Shown one piece after another: positions 37,394-45,752 of a stretch of 64,000 nucleotides of DNA. The position numbers were made by a program, and so were the translations under genes. Positions within the stretch are counted from its first letter, which is position 1. The number at the start of each line of letters is the position of its first letter. The stretch is from Pseudomonas phage vB_Paer_PsCh: sequence record OM870969.1. The stretch is one strand, 5' to 3'. Below the pieces are notes generated by a model. That model had not been told where the DNA came from. It did not search any database and saw only the letters and a program-made list of their open reading frames with translations.

Positions 37394-37439
37394 ATCAAGC
37401 AAAGGGAATCGCCCTGAGCAACTGAATAGGTAAAAGACG

Positions 37440-37634
37440 ATGCAAGCAACCTACCAAGCCCTGAAAACTCTGCGCGATGCTTGTGAAGCTGTCAAGGATG
37501 AAAAAGGCACCATCAACGGAAACAAGCTGAACTCGCTTCGCAATAAGGCTGTCAAGGAAATGCAAGCTGGCGGCGAAACCTACTCTGATGCTATCGCCAT
37601 GGCCCACGACTTGATTAAGAAATACCGCAAGTAA
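37440..37634 (+). CDS. hypothetical protein (64 aa)
   Basis: RBS AGGTAAAAGACG. Confidence 0.4.
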   Translation: MQATYQALKTLRDACEAVKDEKGTINGNKLNSLRNKAVKEMQAGGETYSDAIAMAHDLIKKYRK

Positions 37635-38035
37635 TCAATCCGTAACAAGCCCCGGGTGACCGGGGCCTCTCATAGGAAAGACCATGAAAAACGTTCAAAT
37701 CTGTTGTTCGAAGTGTGGAGCCATCAACGGCGGTAACAGCAAACACAATTGGGTTATCGCATTAGGCAAGAAGTGGTGCGGTCATTGTGGGTCCAATCTC
37801 ACAACCCTTCGTCGCTAACCATTCACTGAGACCTAATCGAGGAGAGATCATGAACGCCACTCTGGCACGTCTACAGAACGAACGCTGTGCAACCCTCCGC
37901 CTGATGCTTCTGCCGGAACATCGTGGGTATCAGTTCTCTGGCCATCCTTGGGCCGAGCGCATCCGCAATCTCCACGATGAAGCTAAGTGCATCCGCAGCC
38001 ATCACTAAACCGCACTAATCCATTAAAGCTCTAAC

Positions 38036-38059
38036 AGCCCGCCTTGTGCGGGCTTTGTT
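38036..38059 (+). terminator. rho-independent terminator ending the early array
   Basis: AGCCCGCCTTGTGCGGGCT hairpin followed by TTGTT. Confidence 0.55.
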
Positions 38060-38108
38060 CTATCTGCGAAAGCGACAGCTTTCAAGTGTAATTAACATGT
38101 AATGTTGT

Positions 38109-38221
38109 AACATTCTGTAGAGGTAACACCAGCATGACAAGATAGACCACTTGTAACGTTAACGTTACATGTATAACAGCATGACAGCGGAAGCTGTATG
38201 TTCACATTCTGTATAGATAAC
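38109..38221. repeat. direct repeats ACATTCTGTA(G/T)AG(G/A)TAAC x2 and CAGCATGACA x2 flanking the 16-bp perfect palindrome GTAACGTTAACGTTAC (38153-38168)
   Basis: Read directly from the AT-rich non-coding strand-switch region. Confidence 0.55.
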
Positions 38222-38295
38222 CCTATCAAATAACCCCACAATAACCTACCTAAAACCTACCGGTTTAAAGCGGCCTGATAGGCCGTAGATGAAGC

Positions 38296-38309
38296 GATAG
38301 CTTCGCTAT
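38296..38309. promoter_or_regulatory. GATAGC-N3-GCTAT palindromic site 1
   Basis: CGATAGCTTCGCTATG. Confidence 0.45.
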
Positions 38310-38569
38310 GTTAGTCTGCACCGTCAAGGCGAAAGCCTTACAGCATGAGGCTTGTAGGAGGTTTTAGAGGCATATGCGATTAGCATAGGATGTTGGTTGT
38401 TTTAGGTAGATTTTGGGTATAACCCCTTTCCGCGCTACCATTGTCGGTTGTGATGTTAAGCGACAGCTTACATCCGCTCTCATTTTGCAATGAGAATTGC
38501 GTACAGTTCATCATGCGCCTCAGAAGTGACTTCACTTTGCATGCGGAAGCATGCTATAGTATACCCTGT

Positions 38570-38584
38570 GATAGCTCCGCTATC
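38570..38584. promoter_or_regulatory. GATAGC-N3-GCTATC palindromic site 2
   Basis: TGATAGCTCCGCTATCC. Confidence 0.5.
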
Positions 38585-38743
38585 CCGTTTTGCATGGCAC
38601 ACGAATTGCATAAGCATGACAAGGGTAACCCTCGAAAGCGGAGCTTTCAAAGTGTGGGCTTTCCCTTTATTATAATTGCGACTCAATTTCGCGACACCAG
38701 AAAACTTGACTCAAGCCCAGTAAATACGTTAGACTAAAAGATG

Positions 38744-38759
38744 GATAGCTGCCGCTATC
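38744..38759. promoter_or_regulatory. GATAGC-N4-GCTATC palindromic site 3, 30 nt upstream of the homing-endonuclease start
   Basis: GGATAGCTGCCGCTATCA. Confidence 0.5.
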
Positions 38760-38789
38760 AATAGATCAAAATTCACACAAGGAGACCCA

Positions 38790-39443
38790 ATGACAAGCAA
38801 CATTCATGCCAATAATGCCCGCTCGCCTATCGGCGAAGAAATGCACATCCATTACGCCAAAGGCGTATTCCATGCCATGCGACAGCGATGCAATCCCAAA
38901 GACCGAATCTATACCGGGGCTTCGCTCTGCGAAGAGTGGTCTAAGCCTAGAGCCGCCGGATTCGAATCGTTCTATGAATGGGCGGTCTATGAGGCTGGTT
39001 ACTCAGACGGCTACCAACTGGACAAGGACATTCTATTCCCGGGAAACAATTTGTATGCTCCGCATACGTGTGCGTTCATTCCGCAGTACATGAACAAACT
39101 CTTCACAAACTGCGGTAGCACTAAGCGAGTCAATGCAAAACCCAAGCCAGCTAGGACACTCCCGCTAGGCGTGCAGATAAACTACTACAGAAAGAACGGT
39201 AACCCATCCTACACTTCACAATGCCGATCACTAGGTAAACAGGCAACACTAGGTTCGTTCCGAACCGCAATGGAGGCACACGTTGCTTGGCAACATGCCA
39301 AGATAGCAGCCATCCATGAATGTATCGATCTCTATCAGATGGAAGACGTTCACAGTGTGGATATCATCCAAGCCTTGCTTGGAAGGGTAGACCAATTGTG
39401 GAAGGATATTGATGCGGGCAGGGAGACCATTTTGTTGCAGTAG
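38790..39443 (+). CDS. HNH (HNH_3-type) homing endonuclease with C-terminal AP2 DNA-binding domain
   Basis: N-terminal FHAMRQRCNPKDRIYTG...CEEW...FESF...GYQLDKDILFPGNNLYAPHTCAFIPQYMN (HNH_3 pattern). C-terminal GVQINYYRKNGNPSYTSQCRSLGKQATLGSFRTAMEAHVAW (AP2-like). RBS AAGGAGACCCA. Only plus-strand gene in the 2-kb switch region. Confidence 0.6.
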   Translation: MTSNIHANNARSPIGEEMHIHYAKGVFHAMRQRCNPKDRIYTGASLCEEWSKPRAAGFESFYEWAVYEAGYSDGYQLDKDILFPGNNLYAPHTCAFIPQYMNKLFTNCGSTKRVNAKPKPARTLPLGVQINYYRKNGNPSYTSQCRSLGKQATLGSFRTAMEAHVAWQHAKIAAIHECIDLYQMEDVHSVDIIQALLGRVDQLWKDIDAGRETILLQ

Positions 39444-39516
39444 CATCTCGCCTAGCGTCTCGACGCAGTAGTCTCCCATGGGCCAGCGGCTACCCCTCTT
39501 AGAGTGCGAGTAATCC

Positions 39517-39531
39517 GATAGCGAAGCTATC
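39517..39531. promoter_or_regulatory. GATAGC-N3-GCTATC palindromic site 4, downstream of the homing endonuclease
   Basis: CGATAGCGAAGCTATCA. Confidence 0.5.
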
Positions 39532-39645
39532 AAATGTATATGCATATTCCATGCCAACATGTGGAAAGATTTTACCCGGCAGGGCGGGAGTCCGTTGGCA
39601 TTAGTTTTGCATAGCTTAGCTGTCGCTAAGAAGGAAAGACCACGG

Positions 39646-39775
39646 CCACCCATTATTTTGGGATTACGTGAGGTTAGGTATGCCTAGTGGGTTCGTGGTT
39701 AAGTAGCTCGGAAATAAATCCATAACTGGCAGAAGGCGAACCAGCAGAGGGCAGGCCCGCTCCCTCCATTATTTT
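39646..39775. repeat. direct repeat CC(A/T)CCCATTATTTT x2 (39646-39659 and 39761-39775)
   Basis: GGCCACCCATTATTTTGGG and CCGCTCCCTCCATTATTTTCCC. Confidence 0.4.
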
Positions 39776-40143
39776 CCCAGCAGTAGAGGAGACACACTCT
39801 ACAAACGTATCACTCTCTTCGGCGGGGGGTTTAGGATTCTAATATACCTTTAGCGGCTAAATGCCATCATTGCTTATTTCCTATTTTCGTTCTATAATCC
39901 TTATAGGATGTGCTTATTCTTCATTATAGCTGGATAAGCGATGGTTGTATAGATTCACCACAAATAGAAGGAATATAGAATGGAAGATAATATTCAAGCT
40001 CCGCTTGCAGCTAGTGCAGATGGCAAATTCGCAACTGTATACGAAGCTATTGTCGCACTCGGAGTAGAAGGGGCTGCCGCTGTGTACAGGGTAGGTGTAG
40101 GGAATAGATTGACAACAGCTAGACCATAAGCGTGGTAAAGAGA

Positions 40144-40179
40144 AGCCCCGGGCAGCGAAAGCTGATCCCGGGGCTTTTT
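40144..40179. terminator. bidirectional rho-independent terminator at the convergence point
   Basis: GCCCCGGGCAGCGAAAGCTGATCCCGGGGC hairpin with TTTTTT on the plus strand and TTCTCTTT on the minus strand. Confidence 0.6.
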
Positions 40180-40192
40180 TATTGCCTTGAGT

Positions 40193-40459
40193 TTATGTAT
40201 GAAGAGATTCCAGTTGTCTCTGCTCTTCCATATACTCCCTAGTAGCGTAGTTCATCATGAGGTTGCAATACTCTTCGTTTATCTGGTCCATGTATTGCAA
40301 CACTTTCTCCATGCTCTGGCACGGACTGAATCCGTTATGACGGAGAATCTTGTTTAGATTTTCACTTCCCCAGAAGTCTCTGGCCCAAGCCTCCAAAGCT
40401 ACTGCGTAGAGGCTTTTGATGCACCCGATAGGGGCTGGATACCAATATTGCTCAGACAT
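40193..40459 (-). CDS. hypothetical protein (88 aa)
   Basis: ORF; ATGA-type coupling with the upstream gene. Confidence 0.45.
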   Translation of the reverse strand: MSEQYWYPAPIGCIKSLYAVALEAWARDFWGSENLNKILRHNGFSPCQSMEKVLQYMDQINEEYCNLMMNYATREYMEEQRQLESLHT

Positions 40460-40884
40460 TAGACCCTCCCGAACGTTACGATCACGCCTTGCTTGGCTAG
40501 GGTTGCTTGTAGCTCATCCAGTGAGAGGGGCTTACCGCCCACGATGACATACTTATCTGCCTCTCCTAGAGTCATCACACACTTAGTCTGGAAGGTAGGC
40601 CTATACAAGGCGTACACATCGGGTTGCCACTTGCTTCGCAGGCCTGTTCCGTAGCTAATGAACCGGTCTTCGGAATGATCTCGGATGTACAGGCACCGGG
40701 GACTATCGTCTGGCCCATCTACGGAGATAGGGTGTTCCATCCACTCCCTGATCTTATCAACGACGCCCTCTCCTACCTTCAATTGAGCGTACTGACAGTA
40801 CTCAAGGAACGCATCAAACTGTTCGGCAGTGAAATTGCTGACATCGATCTCTTTAGTTTTCATTCTCTTCCTCCATGTCTGCAA
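40459..40884 (-). CDS. hypothetical protein (141 aa)
   Basis: ORF in an operon-like array. Confidence 0.45.
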   Translation of the reverse strand: MQTWRKRMKTKEIDVSNFTAEQFDAFLEYCQYAQLKVGEGVVDKIREWMEHPISVDGPDDSPRCLYIRDHSEDRFISYGTGLRSKWQPDVYALYRPTFQTKCVMTLGEADKYVIVGGKPLSLDELQATLAKQGVIVTFGRV

Positions 40885-41275
40885 TGATTTCCTTCAACGC
40901 TTGAAGCGTGTAGGTGCCATTTAGCTCTGTAGTAGGACCAGTGTCACACTCATGAAGTGTGTACGCGGTCACTTTCTTCTCAGTGACGAAATGGAAGTCT
41001 ACCCTTCGGAAGTCGTAGGTCGATTTCGAGTATCCAATGGCCTCTTTGAGTTCTTCCTCGTACCACAGGAATGTCATTGGACTTCCGTCGCTTTTACGAG
41101 TGTAGTCCAGCAGATTATCTCCAACCCACAGTAGCACTTGAGCCTTGTCGTACATGAAGCTGTTTCCGCTCCCAAACTCTATACCATAAGCCTTAAGGTG
41201 CTGTTGTACTGCGATGTTCTCTTCAGGGGTCTTCACGATAGTGTAAAATTTAACCAAACGCTCTTTCAATTTCAT
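40853..41275 (-). CDS. hypothetical protein (140 aa)
   Basis: RBS GGAGGAATG on the minus strand. Confidence 0.45.
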   Translation of the reverse strand: MKLKERLVKFYTIVKTPEENIAVQQHLKAYGIEFGSGNSFMYDKAQVLLWVGDNLLDYTRKSDGSPMTFLWYEEELKEAIGYSKSTYDFRRVDFHFVTEKKVTAYTLHECDTGPTTELNGTYTLQALKEIIADMEEENEN

Positions 41276-41291
41276 TCCTCCTGTCTGTGTT

Positions 41292-41978
41292 TTATGGGAG
41301 TGTAAAACGTTCCCAGTCCATTGTCAAGCCTTCTGTGGTGATAGGCTGTTCCAGACACTCTCTAGCTCCTTTTAGAATGATATCCCACTCGTCTCCCTCT
41401 TGGATTCCTACATACTTCTCCATCATCAGCGCACGATCAACAAGCCCCGCTCTGTAGTTCTGTCGCTCTTTTCTACGGTCCAGCACTCTTGAGATATGGT
41501 CCTTCTTCTTTGCCAACGTGCTGATAGCTTTCCTTGCCATAAGAGTTGCATACTCGCGCTCCTCGGCGGTCATCCATTCCTGATACAGCAGTCCCAGACG
41601 AGTATCATGTTGTATGAGTGGAAGGTCTTTCCATATGATCCCTGCTCGTCCAGTATCAGAGACGGCTTTCCATTCCAACGTAGTGCCGGTCTTACAGTCG
41701 GTGATCTTTACATTCTCCGATTCAGATTGAGACTGGAAAGCGTGCCTCCAGTCTCGGTATACAGTCCACCGCTTCCAGTCGAAGAATGTCTCACAGATGG
41801 CTTTAACAGGTTCTCCGATTTTACCCTCTAGTTCTTTCAGGCGGTTCTCCTGCTCAGCACTCATGTATTTGATAGGGCGGGAGGCTGGATCATAGCACTC
41901 CTCGACCCGGGCCTCCAGTAGTTTAGGCTCCTCGTCCGGATGTTCCTCTCGGAACCATGCGAACAGCTTCTTAAACAT
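41292..41978 (-). CDS. hypothetical protein (228 aa)
   Basis: RBS GGAGGACTGAAT on the minus strand. Confidence 0.5.
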   Translation of the reverse strand: MFKKLFAWFREEHPDEEPKLLEARVEECYDPASRPIKYMSAEQENRLKELEGKIGEPVKAICETFFDWKRWTVYRDWRHAFQSQSESENVKITDCKTGTTLEWKAVSDTGRAGIIWKDLPLIQHDTRLGLLYQEWMTAEEREYATLMARKAISTLAKKKDHISRVLDRRKERQNYRAGLVDRALMMEKYVGIQEGDEWDIILKGARECLEQPITTEGLTMDWERFTLP

Positions 41979-41980
41979 AT

Positions 41981-42259
41981 TCAGTCCTCCTCTCCTGTGA
42001 TAGCTACCCTAGTCAGTCTCCACACTTTTCTAGGGAGACTAACGAGGAATAGCATAGCCATAAACGGTACGGCGATAGGCCAGAATATTCCAGCTAACAC
42101 CGCTCGGGCCTCTTTCTTACGCCTCTCCGTACTTTCTCCCCTCCACCCAAGAAGGGGTCGTAGAGATTCCCATACGAACATCCCTATCACAGAGTAGAAC
42201 AATAGGCAGACCACTCCGACGACTATGCATACTAGAATGAGAAGCCCTACTTGTTCCAT
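41981..42259 (-). CDS. small membrane protein (2 TM)
   Basis: Hydrophobic helices LLILVCIVVGVVCLLFYSVIGMFVW and IFWPIAVPFMAMLFLV. Confidence 0.45.
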   Translation of the reverse strand: MEQVGLLILVCIVVGVVCLLFYSVIGMFVWESLRPLLGWRGESTERRKKEARAVLAGIFWPIAVPFMAMLFLVSLPRKVWRLTRVAITGEED

Positions 42260-42558
42260 GGTGCGATCCTCTTAAGTAGTTTACGGCTGTTCCAGATAGA
42301 CAGAGCCCACTTAGGTAACAACACCACTTTCAAAACGCTGTATGTTGCGTAGAGTAGCAGAAAGCTAGCATACACTGTGAATGTAATAGGCCATAGCAGT
42401 CCCAGTACAATGGCAAAAGCCTCGATACCCTCTCTGTGATCTTTAGTCGCACTAGCTTGGAAGTTATCTTCGAAATACTCCGTGATACCCATGTAGGTCC
42501 ACATGAACACAATTCCCCACGCGAGCGCGAGGACGAATAGCATTGGGATTATCTCCAT
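42247..42558 (-). CDS. membrane protein (104 aa)
   Basis: Start moved to ATG 42558 (TAATG overlap with the upstream stop; RBS AAGGAGGGG). Multiple TM segments. Confidence 0.45.
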   Translation of the reverse strand: MEIIPMLFVLALAWGIVFMWTYMGITEYFEDNFQASATKDHREGIEAFAIVLGLLWPITFTVYASFLLLYATYSVLKVVLLPKWALSIWNSRKLLKRIAPWNK

Positions 42559-42920
42559 TACTCCCCTCCTTTTCGAATCAAGTCGAAGTAGGCCCACACG
42601 TAGAAGTTGCACCACGCTCTGCCTATGGCCCAGCCTTCCCAATAGTCTTCCCAGTCCTTGTTCGGAGGGTTATTCTCGAACATGGATAACACGCATGAAT
42701 CAGCTACTTCGTCCAAGAGGTGCATTACCGAATTAAGCGGCCCGATTCCAAAGGTCTTATCTAGCCACCCCTTAAATCGTCCCACGTCTGAGACGGTGAC
42801 GCTGGAGTCACTGCACAGTGCCAATCTCTCCAGAATGTAGCACATGTAAGGCTCTTCTTCGTTCTCTAAGAATGCCCGCATGCCCTCCTTGATTAGCGGT
42901 GCAATAGAATTAGAGTTCAT
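42558..42920 (-). CDS. hypothetical protein, paralog 1 of a duplicated pair
   Basis: Shares YMCYIL and NFYVW(A/S)YFDLIRK segments with the adjacent gene. Confidence 0.5.
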   Translation of the reverse strand: MNSNSIAPLIKEGMRAFLENEEEPYMCYILERLALCSDSSVTVSDVGRFKGWLDKTFGIGPLNSVMHLLDEVADSCVLSMFENNPPNKDWEDYWEGWAIGRAWCNFYVWAYFDLIRKGGE

Positions 42921-43227
42921 TGTTTTCCTCCTTTCGAATCAGGTCGAAATAAGACCAGACATAAAAGTTCACCCAGTTTAGATCAGTATCTAGCAGGTAA
43001 TTACGATGAAGAAGAGAGATAACTGAATCCCACGACGGAATCCCATGCTCCTCTAGTAGCCACTCTCTGAATGACCGATACTCTCCGTGGGAGATTTGCC
43101 CTTCTTCTGCTAGGTCGCTTAGAATATAACACATATACGTGTCCCGGTCGTTTACCAAGTAATCTTCCAGTCCCATCTTTATCAACTCTGCAACTGATCT
43201 CATTGTTTCCTCCTCTGAGAGCCCCAC
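42910..43227 (-). CDS. hypothetical protein, paralog 2 of the duplicated pair
   Basis: Same conserved segments as 42558..42920. Confidence 0.5.
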   Translation of the reverse strand: MGLSEEETMRSVAELIKMGLEDYLVNDRDTYMCYILSDLAEEGQISHGEYRSFREWLLEEHGIPSWDSVISLLHRNYLLDTDLNWVNFYVWSYFDLIRKEENNEL

Positions 43228-43258
43228 TAGGGCTCGAAATTTTTGCTTCGACCTCCGG

Positions 43259-43474
43259 TCAACACATTACAACCCAGTTGTACAGGTCGGCCTCCTCATA
43301 AGCTGATGGGTAGCGATTGTACTCCAAGAAGAACGCGTGGTCAATAGCTGAGTATTTGGTTGCGAAACTCGTAATGTAAGTCAGAAACCCGTTGTCCTCT
43401 TTCCTGAACAGGACGTATTCTTCAGTACCGTCCTTAAACGTATCTAGCGAGATAGTATACTTATCGAAGATCAC
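43259..43474 (-). CDS. hypothetical protein (71 aa)
   Basis: ORF. Confidence 0.4.
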   Translation of the reverse strand: MIFDKYTISLDTFKDGTEEYVLFRKEDNGFLTYITSFATKYSAIDHAFFLEYNRYPSAYEEADLYNWVVMC

Positions 43475-43845
43475 AGCATTTCCTCCCGGCTAATGTAGTA
43501 GTTGTAGTCGTCCTCTTGGACGAGGAACGCACGGTAGAAGCCTTTCTCAAAGTCTCCTTTCACTAGCACCAGATTGCCCTCCACCTTGCATGTATAGATA
43601 TACATGGTGTTTGCTACTCGGATAACAGGATCATCCCCGGGACGAACATCCAGAGCAGAGAGCATAGCCTCCATTGGCATGCTTGTCAAGTGTGCAACTA
43701 CAGCCGAACAGTATTCTGCATCGCGGCCAGAAGTGTCCTCTGCATAAGCAGGAGCGACCCCGCACGAATGCAGGGCGAGTGTAAACGCAATAGCTACGAG
43801 TTTCTTGAACATACTAACCCTCCTCTTGGTCTGTCTGGGGAACAT
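43471..43845 (-). CDS. putative lipoprotein (signal peptide plus lipobox LHSC)
   Basis: N-terminus MFKKLVAIAFTLALHSCGVAPAYA. Confidence 0.5.
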   Translation of the reverse strand: MFPRQTKRRVSMFKKLVAIAFTLALHSCGVAPAYAEDTSGRDAEYCSAVVAHLTSMPMEAMLSALDVRPGDDPVIRVANTMYIYTCKVEGNLVLVKGDFEKGFYRAFLVQEDDYNYYISREEML

Positions 43846-44317
43846 CCGGCTTGGGGTAGACGAATGTCTCTGGATACTTCATGCATCTTAGCTCATCTTT
43901 GCAGAACCCGTCAATCAATTTCTCATGTGCGAATTCCGCAGCCTTGTAGTAGCGATTAGCCTGTCTTGCCTCCACTCGAAGGAGGTGGCTTATCGTGTGA
44001 GCGTTGATATTACTAAGACTTGCAAAAATTGTCAAGAGCTTCTTTGCAGAAAGAGGGATCGACCTTTCGTCGGGTCTGTACCAATCCAGCCGGGCAACTC
44101 CTTGGAGAACGTCGTCCACCCACAGAGGGTAGTCTCCATCAAGCTCGACCATGACTTCGTACATTTCAGGCTGAACAGCGTTGAAAAAGAAAGAGGGCTT
44201 TCGCCCTCTGCTGGTATCAAGAGGAGGAACAAGCCCCCTCTCTACCTTGTGAATCAACCGGTCAGCGTTAGACCCTATACGGGCTTTTAGCTCTTCGATT
44301 TCTTCACATGTCAACAT
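43814..44317 (-). CDS. hypothetical protein (167 aa)
   Basis: ORF. Confidence 0.45.
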   Translation of the reverse strand: MLTCEEIEELKARIGSNADRLIHKVERGLVPPLDTSRGRKPSFFFNAVQPEMYEVMVELDGDYPLWVDDVLQGVARLDWYRPDERSIPLSAKKLLTIFASLSNINAHTISHLLRVEARQANRYYKAAEFAHEKLIDGFCKDELRCMKYPETFVYPKPDVPQTDQEEG

Positions 44318-44735
44318 ACGGAGGACACACCTTAGATTTCTCGATAGTGAATACCTCAGCGCATGTCAGGTTTGCAGGTCCGTACCATTTGAACATGTTG
44401 TTGATATCATACCGAATCAGTTGCCTGAACTTCTGACCATCACACATGTCTGCGTCGAACCAAGCAATAGCCCATCTAACGTGCTCTTCGGGGTCGTTCT
44501 CTTCTCGCCATCTGCACTCCAGATCAACGTGGCTGGGCTCTAGAACGTAAATGTCTTCGAACCCAGTGCTCTGGTTGTTCTTAAGTCGGATGATTCGAGC
44601 GCGAATCCATTGCATGCACCTGCGGTTTGGGTCTGTGATATCGCAGACTACCGGAACCTCTGGAACCTCAACTGTATACATGATTGTACCTCTATTTGTT
44701 TTACAAGAACGCCATGATTCTGTCTCTGTCTGCAT
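44304..44735 (-). CDS. hypothetical protein (143 aa)
   Basis: ORF. Confidence 0.45.
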   Translation of the reverse strand: MQTETESWRSCKTNRGTIMYTVEVPEVPVVCDITDPNRRCMQWIRARIIRLKNNQSTGFEDIYVLEPSHVDLECRWREENDPEEHVRWAIAWFDADMCDGQKFRQLIRYDINNMFKWYGPANLTCAEVFTIEKSKVCPPYVDM

Positions 44736-45282
44736 GGCGGTACAGATTGAAGCAAGGCACGCCTCTAGAGGACGCCAGTTGCCAAGCGGTCCTAGTCCCG
44801 CCTTCTGGAATCCCGTTGTGGTCTGTCTTGCTCCAGCACACCAAGAACTTGCTAGGCGTGTTGAGATCGATTCCCAGCACTTGGAAAACGTTCCGAGTGT
44901 GGGCTCGTCTTGCGAACGGGCTTAGAACGGACCTCCCGTCATTTCTGACAGAGTTCCAAGCCGGATGAATTTGACTGGCAATGCCTTTAGCTTCTTCCCA
45001 TTCAGCCGGCAACTCTTCCTCTGGCAGGATGGTAGCTCCGAGCGTCTCCGTTATCTGGTACTGGTTGAAGCCGGGAGACGGAAGATAGATTTCTGCCGTA
45101 GTCCCTCCTTTGTTATTGGATATATAATCCAGCCAGCCTGCCTCGAACGCTGAATCCGCTCCCTTCGCTCCTCCTGACCGAAGAATAAAACCTTGTTCTG
45201 CCAGTTTACGGCCTACCTCTCGAAGGATGCCCCATTCTCTGTTCGGAGTGTCCCTGCTTCCGACTCCTGTATAATATCTCAT
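44701..45282 (-). CDS. DprA/Smf-like Rossmann-fold (SLOG superfamily) protein
   Basis: Start moved to ATG 45282 (ATGA overlap with the upstream stop). Motif YTGVGSRDTP...ILRSGGAKGADSAFEAG resembles the DprA nucleotide-binding core. Confidence 0.5.
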   Translation of the reverse strand: MRYYTGVGSRDTPNREWGILREVGRKLAEQGFILRSGGAKGADSAFEAGWLDYISNNKGGTTAEIYLPSPGFNQYQITETLGATILPEEELPAEWEEAKGIASQIHPAWNSVRNDGRSVLSPFARRAHTRNVFQVLGIDLNTPSKFLVCWSKTDHNGIPEGGTRTAWQLASSRGVPCFNLYRHADRDRIMAFL

Positions 45283-45590
45283 CGTCTCACCATTTGTCCC
45301 AGTTCTCCGTATGTAATCCAGTGGTGACGATAATCCCCTTCTTGGTTGGTGTACTCCACTAACACCGGATAGAAGTTGTCTGCGTGGTCTATGTTTACCA
45401 CCTTGCATTCACATCCTCTGGGAATAGTGTATCCATCGCTGCTCATGGTTAAGAGCATTCCCCGGTACACGTCTTTTATCTCTAGCTCACCTTCTCCAGA
45501 CTCTTCAAACTTGAGTCTCAATTTCTCGATTATTTGAGCTTGCAAATAGAGAAGTTCGTACGCTGTTAAGTTGTCCAGATCAATAGACAT
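45279..45590 (-). CDS. hypothetical protein (103 aa)
   Basis: ORF. Confidence 0.45.
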   Translation of the reverse strand: MSIDLDNLTAYELLYLQAQIIEKLRLKFEESGEGELEIKDVYRGMLLTMSSDGYTIPRGCECKVVNIDHADNFYPVLVEYTNQEGDYRHHWITYGELGQMVRR

Positions 45591-45752
45591 GTCACTCTCT
45601 CCCTTCTAGTTTCTTGAATGCCTTGTCCAGTTTGGCTAGATGCTTATCCAACTTGTCTAGCTTTTTATCCTGATAAAGCTGGAACGCCTCCGAGCCCGGG
45701 GCCAACCAAGTCCCCTTATACTTAATTGCACCCCGGATCATATCTCCTCCTA

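Noticed and set aside
26868-37449. Minus-strand ORFs 26868..27077, 31237..31476, 34403..34714 and 37237..37449, all containing the peptide ILQEWPKLS
   Set aside because: They are antisense translations of the repeated promoter cassette. The shared peptide comes from the repeat, not from a gene family. They have no RBS and run against the direction of the whole region.
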